Of a DNA stretch of 64,000 nt, positions 11,577-24,400 are shown piece by piece (position 1 is the first letter of the stretch; the number at the start of each line of letters is the position of its first letter). The stretch spans positions 1-64,000 of the forward strand of contig JAUCBJ010006199.1 in assembly GCA_032718475.1 (NCBI GenBank). The letters run 5' to 3'. Made by a program: the position numbers and the translations under genes. The DNA comes from Nemertoderma westbladi. Taxonomy: Eukaryota; Animalia; Xenacoelomorpha. Under the pieces are notes generated by a model. That model searched no databases, was not told the DNA's origin, and was given only the letters and a program-made list of their open reading frames with translations.

Positions 11577-13052
11577 GGTATTAGTACGTTTGAACGACAC
11601 TAGCCAAACAATCATGAAATCAGATAGAAACTGATAAAAATTGCTACCGGTACCGGTATAGCAGTATTGTTAGGCCTACTGCTGTACTGTTACTTACTGG
11701 CCTACTGTTTGTATACTGTACTCATTGACTGTACTGTTACTTACTGGCCTACTGTTTGTATACTCGTTTGCTCTCGAAGTTCGAATGCGTACTGCACATC
11801 TGTTGCTAGGCGACATTGTTGGGGTGCAAGGCAAAGGATCCCTTGTCGACTGGTACAATTTTATTAGAGAATTAATGTACCGCGATCAAGAGGAGTCAGA
11901 GCCAATGGGTGGACCAGGACATATTGTCCAAATCGACGAGACGCTATTACGGGGAAAACGCAAGAGGAGCACCAACAACCGAGGTCGTTTGCTTGGTGGG
12001 GACCACTTTCCGTCATCCCGATCTAATTATGGGACGACAGTGGATGGGCCGTGGGTGTTTGGACTGGTATGGAAACGTCCAGATAATAAAGTCGACATCC
12101 GCCTCTACCACGTTTTGCATCGTGATGCAGACACCCTCCGTCCTATTTTGGAGAAACATGTCGCCGGTGGAACCAAGATACAGTCCGACGAATGGTCTGC
12201 GTATTGCGGTGTGAATGTTGGCATAACAAACGCCACAAACCCGTGGTCTGCTACCAATGGAACAGGGACCTACATACACGAAACCGTCAACCATTCGGTA
12301 GAGTGGGTGAGTGCGACTGGCACCCACACTCAACGTATAGAGTCGATGTGGGGCCACTTAAAGACGTCAGTCATCCGCAATAAGAAATGCACAACACCGC
12401 AACTTATTGCTGGCCACCTGGCAGAATTTCGGTGGAGACTTTTAAATCGCGACCGACCTTTCTCAAATCTCCTTGCACTTTTCAAACATTACTACCCTTG
12501 CTGAATGTCTATACTGTACCTTATACCTTAACCAACCCAAACGGCCCTTTTCAGGGCCAACTACTGTACGACCTGACTTCAACCCAAACGGCCCTTTTCA
12601 GGGCCATCTACTGTATGACCTGACTTAACCAACCCAAACGGCCCTTTTCAGGGCCAACATATGAAATAAACAACCGTATCGCAACAGCGTTATTAGCTTG
12701 TAATATTTTTTTACAATAAGATACACCCTCAGTCGGGGTAAATATTAATTATAATATTAGAAATATGTATGTACGGTAGACTGTAATTAAGATTACGTAC
12801 GCATAGTAAATCGTAATTAAACTAATAGATTAAGCTAAAATATTACATAATTAAGCTAGTAAATAATAGTAATAGTAGTAATAATAGTAGTAGTAAGTAA
12901 TATAGATTAAAATACATTACCTTCAAAGAACTTAATAAATAATACCCATGCAATCCGCAAGGTGGTGAACAATACTGCTATACCGGTACCGGTACCATTA
13001 TTTATCTGATTTTAGGCTTGTTTGGCTAGTGTCGTTCAAACGTACTAATACC
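11577..13052 (+). mobile_element. Merlin (IS1595/ISXO2-like) DNA transposon
   Basis: TIR GGTATTAGTACGTTTGAACGACACTAGCCAAACAA (11577-11611) is exactly inverted at 13018-13052. 9-bp TSD AAATTTTGG (11568-11576, 13053-13061). Confidence 0.92.
11725..12504 (+). CDS. Merlin/ISXO2-like DDE transposase, N-terminus probably missing
   Basis: GGPGHIVQIDET, RGRLLG, WVFGL, IQSDEWSAY, HETVNHS, HTQRIESMW, HLAEFRWR. No N-terminal Zn-ribbon region is visible. Confidence 0.85.
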   Translation: MTVLLLTGLLFVYSFALEVRMRTAHLLLGDIVGVQGKGSLVDWYNFIRELMYRDQEESEPMGGPGHIVQIDETLLRGKRKRSTNNRGRLLGGDHFPSSRSNYGTTVDGPWVFGLVWKRPDNKVDIRLYHVLHRDADTLRPILEKHVAGGTKIQSDEWSAYCGVNVGITNATNPWSATNGTGTYIHETVNHSVEWVSATGTHTQRIESMWGHLKTSVIRNKKCTTPQLIAGHLAEFRWRLLNRDRPFSNLLALFKHYYPC

Positions 13053-15381
13053 AAATTTTGGTTGCTTGTAGAGAATCATAAAGTCTATCTTCTACGAAAT
13101 GGAAAAGTTAAGACATTTAATTGAGGATCGGCTACAGACTCCGAAGTAATGACATAGGCCTGCCGGTACGGTACTGCTGTACTGTACAAGTACGAAATTG
13201 CAGAATAATAATTTGACACCACCTAGCGGATTAATATATAATTGTATATCAATCGAATACATTTTATAGCATGGGGTATAGGGTCCGAGCCACGAAGTTG
13301 GCGGAGCCTTTGCGAACTGGCGCTATCTCTTAGGGGGGTAGGTCAATTATGGCAAATAGTTCATTCAATAATTGTACTGTATGTCATCATCGACGCTACG
13401 ATTTTGACTTACTTATAACTTCGTCGGATTTAAAGCTTTCGAGTCTAAAATTAGTAGGCATCAATAAGACCATAAGTTTTGTTTTTTAGGGACTTCCAGA
13501 CACCATCAAATCCTCAGTCTCTCGCTAGAGGGCTACATGTCAGATATTATATATCCTCACATTTTCTTTGCTTTAAACCCGTTCTAGTCCATGTACTGTA
13601 TGGACCATTGTACTAGACCATTAACTGTGTCATTCAAAGGAAGCTCATCTGTCTGCAGTTCTCTAGTCTGCCGCTAGAGGGCAAAATGTCTCAAAGTGCA
13701 ATCAATGATTTAGCTGAAACATCAGATATGTGCTAGAACAAGTCCAGTGTGTTTGCCGGGCTAGGAATCAGTCCGACCAGTTCTACCTCACCATTATTCC
13801 AGCTAGGTGTAATTATATAGGACATGCAATATTTAGTGTTTAGGCCCTAGAGTAATAAGACAGCTTGCTTATGGTTTATCTCGCAAAATGATTGGCTGAG
13901 TATTTAATGGAGATTCTTTAGAATAAATATAGCTAAATAATTTTGTTGTGACATCAACATGGTAAATTAATATTTCAGTATCAATACTAAAACGTCATAA
14001 GGTAAGTTATAATATTTCTTATAAATTGTTTCGCCTCCACGCCTAAAATATATTACTTTTAAAACACAAATTTTCTGTTAATACCTGCAGCTGTGAACAA
14101 TCCTCTGTGTACCTTTGGGTTGGGGTGCAGATTAAGGGGGGGGGGGGGGGGGGGGGGTTGAAAGCGAGCAACTTTCCCCTCTTATGATTTATTTGCGGTT
14201 TGGTTAATTTCTTAAATACAGATTTTGTGTTAGAATTGCTCAATTTTAATTTGTATCTCATAACTGAGCCTCGTGCTGCGCGAAGGCCCCACGAACGTGT
14301 TTTTGTGTCTTATAGATGAGTAATTACAGATTCTTAAAAAAATGTCAAGGTGTGCCTGTAACCAAAATGCCGTTATTCAATTTTTGCCATTGGGGGACAT
14401 TTTAGTGGTGTAGTAGAAAACAAAGTGTTCCAGGATCTCCTGTATGCTAACTATACATCTACAGATATGATGTTTCTTAAAATTTATAGACAAATTTTCG
14501 AGCTTTCATTTGGTATTTAACATATTAACTTTTATTAACATCAGATAGAAACTAGAGCTCCTTATTTAACTGCTCCTAATCATTTTTTTGTCAGAAAATC
14601 ACGTTTTCCGTGGTTTTTGACGATATCAAGCAAAATTTAATGCTATTTATTTACATTATCGTTTAGCAAACATGGTTTCCTAGATTCCTGATGAAAATGT
14701 CTACCTGTGACATTTTATTTCATGAGATTTCATTCAATAGAAATGGAATTACACCACAGTCTCACTTTTTTGTATGTTTTGACTTCTTTTCTGTATATTG
14801 CTCCAGTAGATGTCCAAATACTTAATGAACTTTGTTTGGACAATTGAAAAACTACATTTTTTAGTATGATTTTTGAGCAAAATTATATACAACTTTACGA
14901 GGTCCCAAAAAATATGATTCTAATATTAAGTCGAATCGTGTGCGAAACGTTTTCGCCACTTGTTGTGAGTTTGGGCCATACCCTCTACGGATGCACTCTT
15001 ACTAAAACTAAAAATCACCAAAAGGGATATAACAATAATTTTCCTGCTACTTTGAGTTGTTGTTCATTGCCAAAACTTTACATAACAAATGAAACAAAAG
15101 TACGATTCAACTCTTAACAAAACTACCAGAAGAGGACTATCATAGAGAAGTCCTCCTCTTCATGGTAGTATACAAGTATAGCAAAGGTAACACATAAAAC
15201 ACATACATAGGCCGAGAGTATAGAATACATCAATTCATTTTTTATAAAAATAATAATACGGAGTTCAGTTCAGTGGATATAAATCAACGTTTGCTTCTAA
15301 TCAAGTGATTGCAATTAGTGAATCCGTATAATCTACTTGGATTCTTTCTCTTTGTACTCCTCTTTGATTCAGCATCCCCCA

Positions 15382-15460
15382 CTAAGGGGTGGGGGAGCGG
15401 TCGCTAAGTGGACTCTGGTGATAGGGAGGGGTTTCCGAGCGTGGGGACCTGGAGTATCGT
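15382..15460 (-). CDS. SRSF10: SRSF10/12-like, coding exon 5 (last)
   Basis: Acceptor TTGTATGTTTTAG|A. Reads (R)RYSRSPRSETPPYHQSPLSDRSPTP* in phase with exon 4. Confidence 0.72.
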
Positions 15461-15476
15461 CTAAAACATACAATAA

Positions 15477-18400
15477 ATAAACAGCTAATAGGGAAGCAAT
15501 AAAGTTAGTTAAAATTAAATATCTAATAGGGAAGCAATAAGGTTAGTTAAAAATAAACAGCTAATAGGGAAGCAATAAAGTTACTAGGTAAGTTAAAAAT
15601 AAACAGCTAATAGGGAAGCAATAAAGATAGTTAAAAATAAACAGCTAATAGGGAAGCAATAAGGTTAGTTAAAAATAAACAGCTAATAAGGAAGCAATAA
15701 AGTTAGTTAAAAATAAACAGCTAATAGGGAAGCAATAAAGTTAGTTAAAAATAAACAGCTAATAAGGAAGCAATAAAGTTAGTTAAAAATAAACAGCTAA
15801 TAGGGAAGCAATAAAGATAGTTAAAAATAAACAGCTAATAGGGAAGCAATAAAGATAGTTAAAAATAAACAGCTAATAGGGAAGCAATAAAGTTAGTTAA
15901 AAATAAACAGCTAATAGGGAAGCAATAAAGTTAGTTAAAAATAAACAGCTAATAAGGAAGCAATAAAGTTAGTTAAAAATAAACAGCTAATAGGGAAGCA
16001 ATAAAGATAGTTAAAAATAAACAGCTAATAGGGAAGCAATAAAGTTAGTTAAAAATAAACAGGTAATAGGGAAGCAATAAGGTTAGTTAAAAATATACAG
16101 CTAATAGGGAAGCAATAAGGTTACTATGTAAGTTAAAAATAAACATATAATAGGGAAGCAATAAGGTTAGTTAAATAAACAGCTAGGGAAATAATGAAGT
16201 TAGTTAAAAATAAACAGCTAATAGGGAAGCAATAAAGTTAGTTAAAAATAAACAGCTAATAGGGAAGCAATAAAGTTAGTTAAAATTAAATATCTAATAG
16301 GGAAGCAATAAGGTTACTAGGATAGTTAAAAATAAACAGCTAATAGGGAAGCAATAATGTTAGTTAAAAATAAACAGCTAATAGGGAAGCAATAAAGTTA
16401 GTTAAAATTAAATATCTAATAGGGAAGCAATAAGGTTACTAGGATAGTTAAAAATAAACAGCTAATAGGGAAGCAATAATGTTAGTTAAAAATAAACAGC
16501 TAATAGGGAAATAATGAAGTTAGTTAAAAAAAAACTGCAAATAGGGAAGCAATAAAGTTAGTTAAAAATAAACAGCTAATAGGGAAGCAATAAAGTTAGT
16601 TAAAATTAAATATCTAATAGGGAAGGAAGCAATAAAGTTAGTTAAAATTAAACAGCTAATAGGGAAGGAAGCAATAAAGTTATTTAAAATAAACAGCTAA
16701 TAGGGAAGCAATAAAGATAGTTAAAAATAAACAGCTAATAGGGAAGCAATAAGGTTAGTTAAAAATAAACAGCTAATAGGGAAGCAATAAAGTTAGTTAA
16801 GATTAAACAGCTAATGGGGAAGCAATAAGGTTACTAGGTAAGTTAAAAATAAACAGCTAATAGGGAAGTAATAAAGTTAGTTAAAAATAAACAGCTAATA
16901 GGGAAGCAATAAAGATAGTTAAAAATAAACAGCTAATAGGGAAGCAATAAGGTTAGTTAAAAATAAACAGCTAATAGGGAAGCAATAAAGTTAGTTAAGA
17001 TTAAACAGCTAATAGGGAAGCAATAAAGTTAGTTAAAATTAAACAGCTAATAGGGAAGGAAGCAATAAAGTTAGTTAAAATTAAACAGCTAATAGGGAAG
17101 GAAGCAATAAAGTTAGTTAAAAATAAACAGCTAATAGGGAAGCAATAAAGATAGTTAAAAATAAACAGCTAATAGGGAAGCAATAAGGTTAGTTAAAAAT
17201 AAACAGCTAATAGGGAAGCAATAAGGTTAGTTAAAAATAAACAGCTAATAGGGAAGCAATAAAGTTAGTTAAAATTAAATATCTAATAGGGAAGCAATAA
17301 GGTTAGTTAAAAATAAACAGCTAATAGGGAAGCAATAAAGTTACTAGGTAAGTTAAAAATAAACAGCTAATAGGGAAGTAATAAAGTTAGTTAAAAATAA
17401 ACAGCTAATAGGGAAGCAATAAGGTTAGTTAAAAATAAACAGCTAATAGGGAGGCAATAAAGTTAGTTAAAAATAAACAGCTAATAGGGAAGCAATAAAG
17501 ATAGTTAAAAATAAACAGCTAATAGGGAAGCAATAAAGTTACTAGGTAAGTTAAAAATAAACAGCTAATAGGGAAGTAATAAAGTTAGTTAAAAATAAAC
17601 AGCTAATAGGGAAGCAATAAAGATAGTTAAAAATAAACAGCTAATAGGGAAGCAATAAGGTTAGTTAAAAATAAACAGCTAATAGGGAAGCAATAAAGTT
17701 AGTTAAAATTAAATATCTAATAGGGAAGCAATAAGGTTACTAGGATAGTTAAAAATAAACAGCTAATAGGGAAGCAATAATGTTAGTTAAAAATAAACAG
17801 CTAATAGGGAAATAATGAAGTTAGTTAAAAAAAAACTGCAAATAGGGAAGCAATAAAGTTAGTTAAAAATAAACAGCTAATAGGGAAGCAATAAAGTTAG
17901 TTAAAAATAAACAGCTAATAGGGAAGCAATAAAGATAGTTAAAAATAAACAGCTAATAGGGAAGCAATAAAGATAGTTAAAAATAAACATATAATAGGGA
18001 AGCAATAAGGTTAGTTAAATAAACAGCTAGGGAAATAATGAAGTTAGTTAAAAATAAACAGCTAATAGGGAAGCAATAAAGTTAGTTAAAAATAAACAGC
18101 TAATAGGGAAGCAATAAAGTTAGTTAAAATTAAATATCTAATAGGGAAGCAATAAGGTTACTAGGATAGTTAAAAATAAACAGCTAATAGGGAAGCAATA
18201 ATGTTAGTTAAAAATAAACAGCTAATAGGGAAGCAATAAAGTTAGTTAAAATTAAATATCTAATAGGGAAGCAATAAGGTTACTAGGATAGTTAAAAATA
18301 AACAGCTAATAGGGAAGCAATAATGTTAGTTAAAAATAAACAGCTAATAGGGAAATAATGAAGTTAGTTAAAAAAAAACTGCAAATAGGGAAGCAATAAA

Positions 18401-21400
18401 GTTAGTTAAAAATAAACAGCTAATAGGGAAGCAATAAAGTTAGTTAAAATTAAATATCTAATAGGGAAGGAAGCAATAAAGTTAGTTAAAATTAAACAGC
18501 TAATAGGGAAGGAAGCAATAAAGTTATTTAAAATAAACAGCTAATAGGGAAGCAATAAAGATAGTTAAAAATAAACAGCTAATAGGGAAGCAATAAGGTT
18601 AGTTAAAAATAAACAGCTAATAGGGAAGCAATAAAGTTAGTTAAGATTAAACAGCTAATGGGGAAGCAATAAGGTTACTAGGTAAGTTAAAAATAAACAG
18701 CTAATAGGGAAGTAATAAAGTTAGTTAAAAATAAACAGCTAATAGGGAAGCAATAAAGATAGTTAAAAATAAACAGCTAATAGGGAAGCAATAAGGTTAG
18801 TTAAAAATAAACAGCTAATAGGGAAGCAATAAAGTTAGTTAAGATTAAACAGCTAATAGGGAAGCAATAAAGTTAGTTAAAATTAAACAGCTAATAGGGA
18901 AGGAAGCAATAAAGTTAGTTAAAATTAAACAGCTAATAGGGAAGGAAGCAATAAAGTTAGTTAAAAATAAACAGCTAATAGGGAAGCAATAAAGATAGTT
19001 AAAAATAAACAGCTAATAGGGAAGCAATAAGGTTAGTTAAAAATAAACAGCTAATAGGGAAGCAATAAGGTTAGTTAAAAATAAACAGCTAATAGGGAAG
19101 CAATAAAGTTAGTTAAAATTAAATATCTAATAGGGAAGCAATAAGGTTAGTTAAAAATAAACAGCTAATAGGGAAGCAATAAAGTTACTAGGTAAGTTAA
19201 AAATAAACAGCTAATAGGGAAGTAATAAAGTTAGTTAAAAATAAACAGCTAATAGGGAAGCAATAAGGTTAGTTAAAAATAAACAGCTAATAGGGAGGCA
19301 ATAAAGTTAGTTAAAAATAAACAGCTAATAGGGAAGCAATAAAGATAGTTAAAAATAAACAGCTAATAGGGAAGCAATAAAGTTACTAGGTAAGTTAAAA
19401 ATAAACAGCTAATAGGGAAGTAATAAAGTTAGTTAAAAATAAACAGCTAATAGGGAAGCAATAAAGATAGTTAAAAATAAACAGCTAATAGGGAAGCAAT
19501 AAGGTTAGTTAAAAATAAACAGCTAATAGGGAAGCAATAAAGTTAGTTAAAATTAAATATCTAATAGGGAAGGAATAAGGTTACTAGGATAGTTAAAAAT
19601 AAACAGCTAATAGGGAAGCAATAATGTTAGTTAAAAATAAACAGCTAATAGGGAAATAATGAAGTTAGTTAAAAAAAAACTGCAAATAGGGAAGCAATAA
19701 AGTTAGTTAAAAATAAACAGCTAATAGGGAAGCAATAAAGTTAGTTAAAAATAAACAGCTAATAGGGAAGCAATAAAGATAGTTAAAAATAAACAGGTAA
19801 TAGGGAAGCAATAAAGTTAGTTAAAAATAAACACGTAATAGGGAAGCAATAAAGTTAGTTAAAAATAAACAGCTAATAGGGAAGCAATACAGTTAGTTAA
19901 AAATAAACAGCTAATAGGGAAGCAATAAAGTTAGTTAAAAATAAACAGCTAATAGGGAAGGAAGCAATAAAGTTATTTAAAATAAACAGCTAATAGGGAA
20001 GCAATAAAGATAGTTAAAAATAAACAGCTAATAGGGAAGCAATAAGGTTAGTTAAAAATAAACAGCTAATAGGGAAGCAATAAAGTTAGTTAAAATTAAA
20101 CAGCTAATAAGGAAGCAATAAAGTTAGTTCAAAATAAACAGCTAATAGGGAAGCAATAAAGTTAGTTAAAAATAAACAGCTAATAGGGAAGCAATAAGGT
20201 TAGTTAAAAATAAACAGCTAATAGGGAAGCAATAAAGTTAGTTAAAAATAAACAGCTAATAAGGAAGCAATAAAGTTAGTTAAAAATAAACAGCTAATAA
20301 GGAAGCAATAAAGTTAGTTAAAAATAAACAGCTAATAAGGAAGCAATAAAGTTAGTTAAAAATAAACAGCTAATAGGGAAGCAATAAAGTTAGTTAAAAA
20401 TAAACAGCTAATAGGGAAGCAATAATGATAGTTAAAAATAAACAGCTAATAGGGAAGCAATAAAGATAGTTAAAAATAAACAGCTAATAGGGAAGCAATA
20501 AGGTTAGTTAAAAATAAACAGCTAATAGGGAAGCAATAAAGTTAGTTAAAATTAAATATCTAATAGGGAAGCAATAAAGTTAGCTAAAATTAAACAGCTA
20601 ATAGGGAAGCATTAAAGTTAGTTAAAAATAAACAGGTAATAGGGAAGCAATAAAGATAGTTAAAAATAAACAGCTAATAGGGAAGCAATAAAGATAGTTA
20701 AAAATAAACAGCTAATAGGGAAGCAATAAGGTTAGTTAAAAATAAACAGCTAATAGGGAAGCAATAAAGTTAGTTAAAAATAAACAGCTAATAGGGAAGC
20801 AATAATGATAGTTAAAAATAAACAGCTAATAGGGAAGCATTAAAGTTAGTTAAAAATAAACAGGTAATAGGGAAGCAATAAAGATAGTTAAAAATAAACA
20901 GCTAATAGGGAAGCAATAAAGTTAGTTAAAAATAAACAGCTAATAGGGAAGCAATAAGGTTAGTTAAAAATAAACAGCTAATAGGGAAGCAATAAAGTTA
21001 GTTAAAAATAAACAGCTAATAGGGAAGGAAGCAATAAAGTTAGTTAAAAATAAACAGCTAATAAGGAAGCAATAAAGTTAGTTAAAAATAAACAGCTAAT
21101 AGGGAAGCAATAAAGTTAGTTAAAAATAAACAGCTAATAGGGAAGCAATAATGATAGTTAAAAATAAACAGCTAATAGGGAAGCAATAAAGATAGTTAAA
21201 AATAAACAGCTAATAGGGAAGCAATAAAGTTAGTTAAAAATAAACAGCTAATAGAGAAGCAATAAAGATAGTTAAAAATAAACAGCTAATAGGGAAGCAA
21301 TAAAGATAGTTAAAAATAAACAGCTAATAGGGAAGCAATAATGATAGTTAAAAATAAACAGCTAATAGGGAAGCAATAAAGATAGTTAAAAATAAACAGC

Positions 21401-24400
21401 TAATAGGGAAGCAATAAAGATAGTTAAAAATAAACAGCTAATAGGGAAGCAATAATGATAGTTAAAAATAAACAGCTAATAGGGAAGGAAGCAATAAAGA
21501 TAGTTAAAAATAAACAGCTAATAGGGAAGGAAGCAATAAAGTTAGTTAAAAATAAACAGCTAATAGGGAAGCAATAAAGATAGTTAAAAATAAACAGCTA
21601 ATAGGGAAGCAATAAAGTTAGTTAAAAATAAACAGCTAATAGAGAAGCAATAAAGATAGTTAAAAATAAACAGCTAATAAGGAAGCAATAAAGATAGTTA
21701 AAAATAAACAGCTAATAAGGAAGCAATAAAGTTAGTTAAAAATAAACAGCTAATAAGGAAGCAATAAAGTTAGTTCAAAATAAACAGCTAATAGGGAAGC
21801 AATAAAGTTAGTTAAAAATAAACAGCTAATAAGGAAGCAATAAAGTTAGTTAAAAATAAACAGCTAATAAGGAAGCAATAAAGTTAGTTAAAAATAAACA
21901 GCTAATAAGGAAGCAATAAAGTTAGTTAAAAATAAACAGGTAATAAGGAAGCAATAAAGTTAGTTCAAAATAAACAGCTAATAGGGAAGCAATAAAGTTA
22001 GTTAAAAATAAACAGCTAATAAGGAAGCAATAAAGTTAGTTAAAAATAAACAGCTAATAAGGAAGCAATAAAGTTAGTTAAAAATAAACAGCTAATAAGG
22101 AAGCAATAAAGTTAGTTAAAAATAAACAGCTAATAAGGAAGCAATAAAGTTAGTTAAAAATAAACAGCTAATAAGGAAGCAATAAAGTTAGTTAAAAATA
22201 AACAGCTAATAAGGAAGCAATAAAGTTAGTTAAAAATAAACAGCTAATAAGGAAGCAATAAAGTTAGTTAAAAATAAACAGCTAATAAGGAAGCAATAAA
22301 GTTAGTTAAAAATAAACAGCTAATAAGGAAGCAATAAAGTTAGTTCAAAATAAACAGCTAATAGGGAAGCAATAAAGATAGTTAAAAATAAACAGCTAAT
22401 AGGGAAGCAATAAGGTTAGTTAAAAATAAACAGCTAATAGGGAAGCAATAAAGTTAGTTAAAAATAAACAGCTAATAAGGAAGCAATAAAGTTAGTTCAA
22501 AATAAACAGCTAATAGGGAAGCAATAAAGATAGTTAAAAATAAACAGCTAATAAGGAAGCAATAAAGTTAGTTAAAAATAAACAGCTAATAGGGAAGCAA
22601 TAAAGTTAGTTAAAAATAAACAGCTAATAGGGAAGCAATAAAGTTAGTAAAAATAAACAGCTAATAGGGAAGCAATAAAGTTAGTTAAAAATAAACAGCT
22701 AATAAGGAAGCAATAAAGTTAGTTCAAAATAAACAGCTAATAGGGAAGCAATAAAGATAGTTAAAAATAAACAGCTAATAAGGAAGCAATAAAGTTAGTT
22801 AAAAATAAACAGCTAATAGGGAAGCAATAAAGATAGTTAAAAATAAACAGCTAATAGGGAAGCAATAAGGTTAGTTAAAAATAAACAGCTAATAAGGAAG
22901 CAATAAAGTTAGTTCAAAATAAACAGCTAATAGGGAAGCAATAAAGATAGTTAAAAATAAACAGCTAATAGGGAAGCAATAAGGTTAGTTAAAAATAAAC
23001 AGCTAATAGGGAAGCAATAAAGTTAGTTAAAAATAAACAGCTAATAAGGAAGCAATAAAGTTAGTTCAAAATAAACAGCTAATAGGGAAGCAATAAAGAT
23101 AGTTAAAAATAAACAGCTAATAGGGAAGCAATACAGTTAGTTAAAAATAAACAGCTAATAGGGAAGCAATAAAGTTAGTTCAAAATAAACAGCTAATAAG
23201 GAAGCAATAAAGTTAGTTCAAAATAAACAGCTAATAGGGAAGCAATAAAGATAGTTAAAAATAAACAGCTAATAGGGAAGCAATAAAGTTAGTTAAAAAT
23301 AAACAGCTAATAGGGAAGCAATAAAGTTAGTTAAAAATAAACAGCTAATAAGGAAGCAATAAAGTTAGTTAAAAATAAACAGCTAATAAGGAAGCAATAA
23401 AGTTAGTTAAAAATAAACAGCTAATAAGGAAGCAATAAAGTTAGTTCAAAATAAACAGCTAATAGGGAAGCAATAAAGATAGTTAAAAATAAACAGCTAA
23501 TAGGGAAGCAATAAGGTTAGTTAAAAATAAACAGCTAATAGGGAAGCAATAAAGTTAGTTAAAAATAAACAGCTAATAAGGAAGCAATAAAGTTAGTTAA
23601 AAATAAACAGCTAATAGGGAAGCAATAAAGTTAGTTAAAAATAAACAGCTAATAAGGAAGCAATAAAGTTAGTTAAAAATAAACAGCTAATAAGGAAGCA
23701 ATAAAGTTAGTTCAAAATAAACAGCTAATAGGGAAGCAATAAAGATAGTTAAAAATAAACAGCTAATAGGGAAGCAATAAGGTTAGTTAAAAATAAACAG
23801 CTAATAGGGAAGCAATAAAGTTAGTTAAAAATAAACAGCTAATAAGGAAGCAATAAAGTTAGTTCAAAATAAACAGCTAATAGGGAAGCAATAAAGATAG
23901 TTAAAAATAAACAGCTAATAGGGAAGCAATAAAGTTAGTTAAAAATAAACAGCTAATAAGGAAGCAATAAAGTTAGTTAAAAATAAACAGCTAATAAGGA
24001 AACAATAAAGTTAGTTCAAAATAAACAGCTAATAGGGAAGCAATAAAGATAGTTAAAAATAAACAGCTAATAGGGAAGCAATAAGGTTAGTTAAAAATAA
24101 ACAGCTAATAGGGAAGCAATAAAGTTAGTTAAAAATAAACAGCTAATAGGGAAGCAATAAGGTTAGTTAAAAATAAACAGCTAATAAGGAAGCAATAAAG
24201 TTAGTTAAAAATAAACAGCTAATAGGGAAGCAATAAAGATAGTTAAAAATAAACAGCTAATAGGGAAGCAATAAAGTTAGTTAAAAATAAACAGCTAATA
24301 GGGAAGCAATAAAGTTAGTAAAAATAAACAGCTAATAAGGAAGCAATAAAGTTAGTTAAAAATAAACAGCTAATAGGGAAGCAATAAAGTTAGTTAAAAA

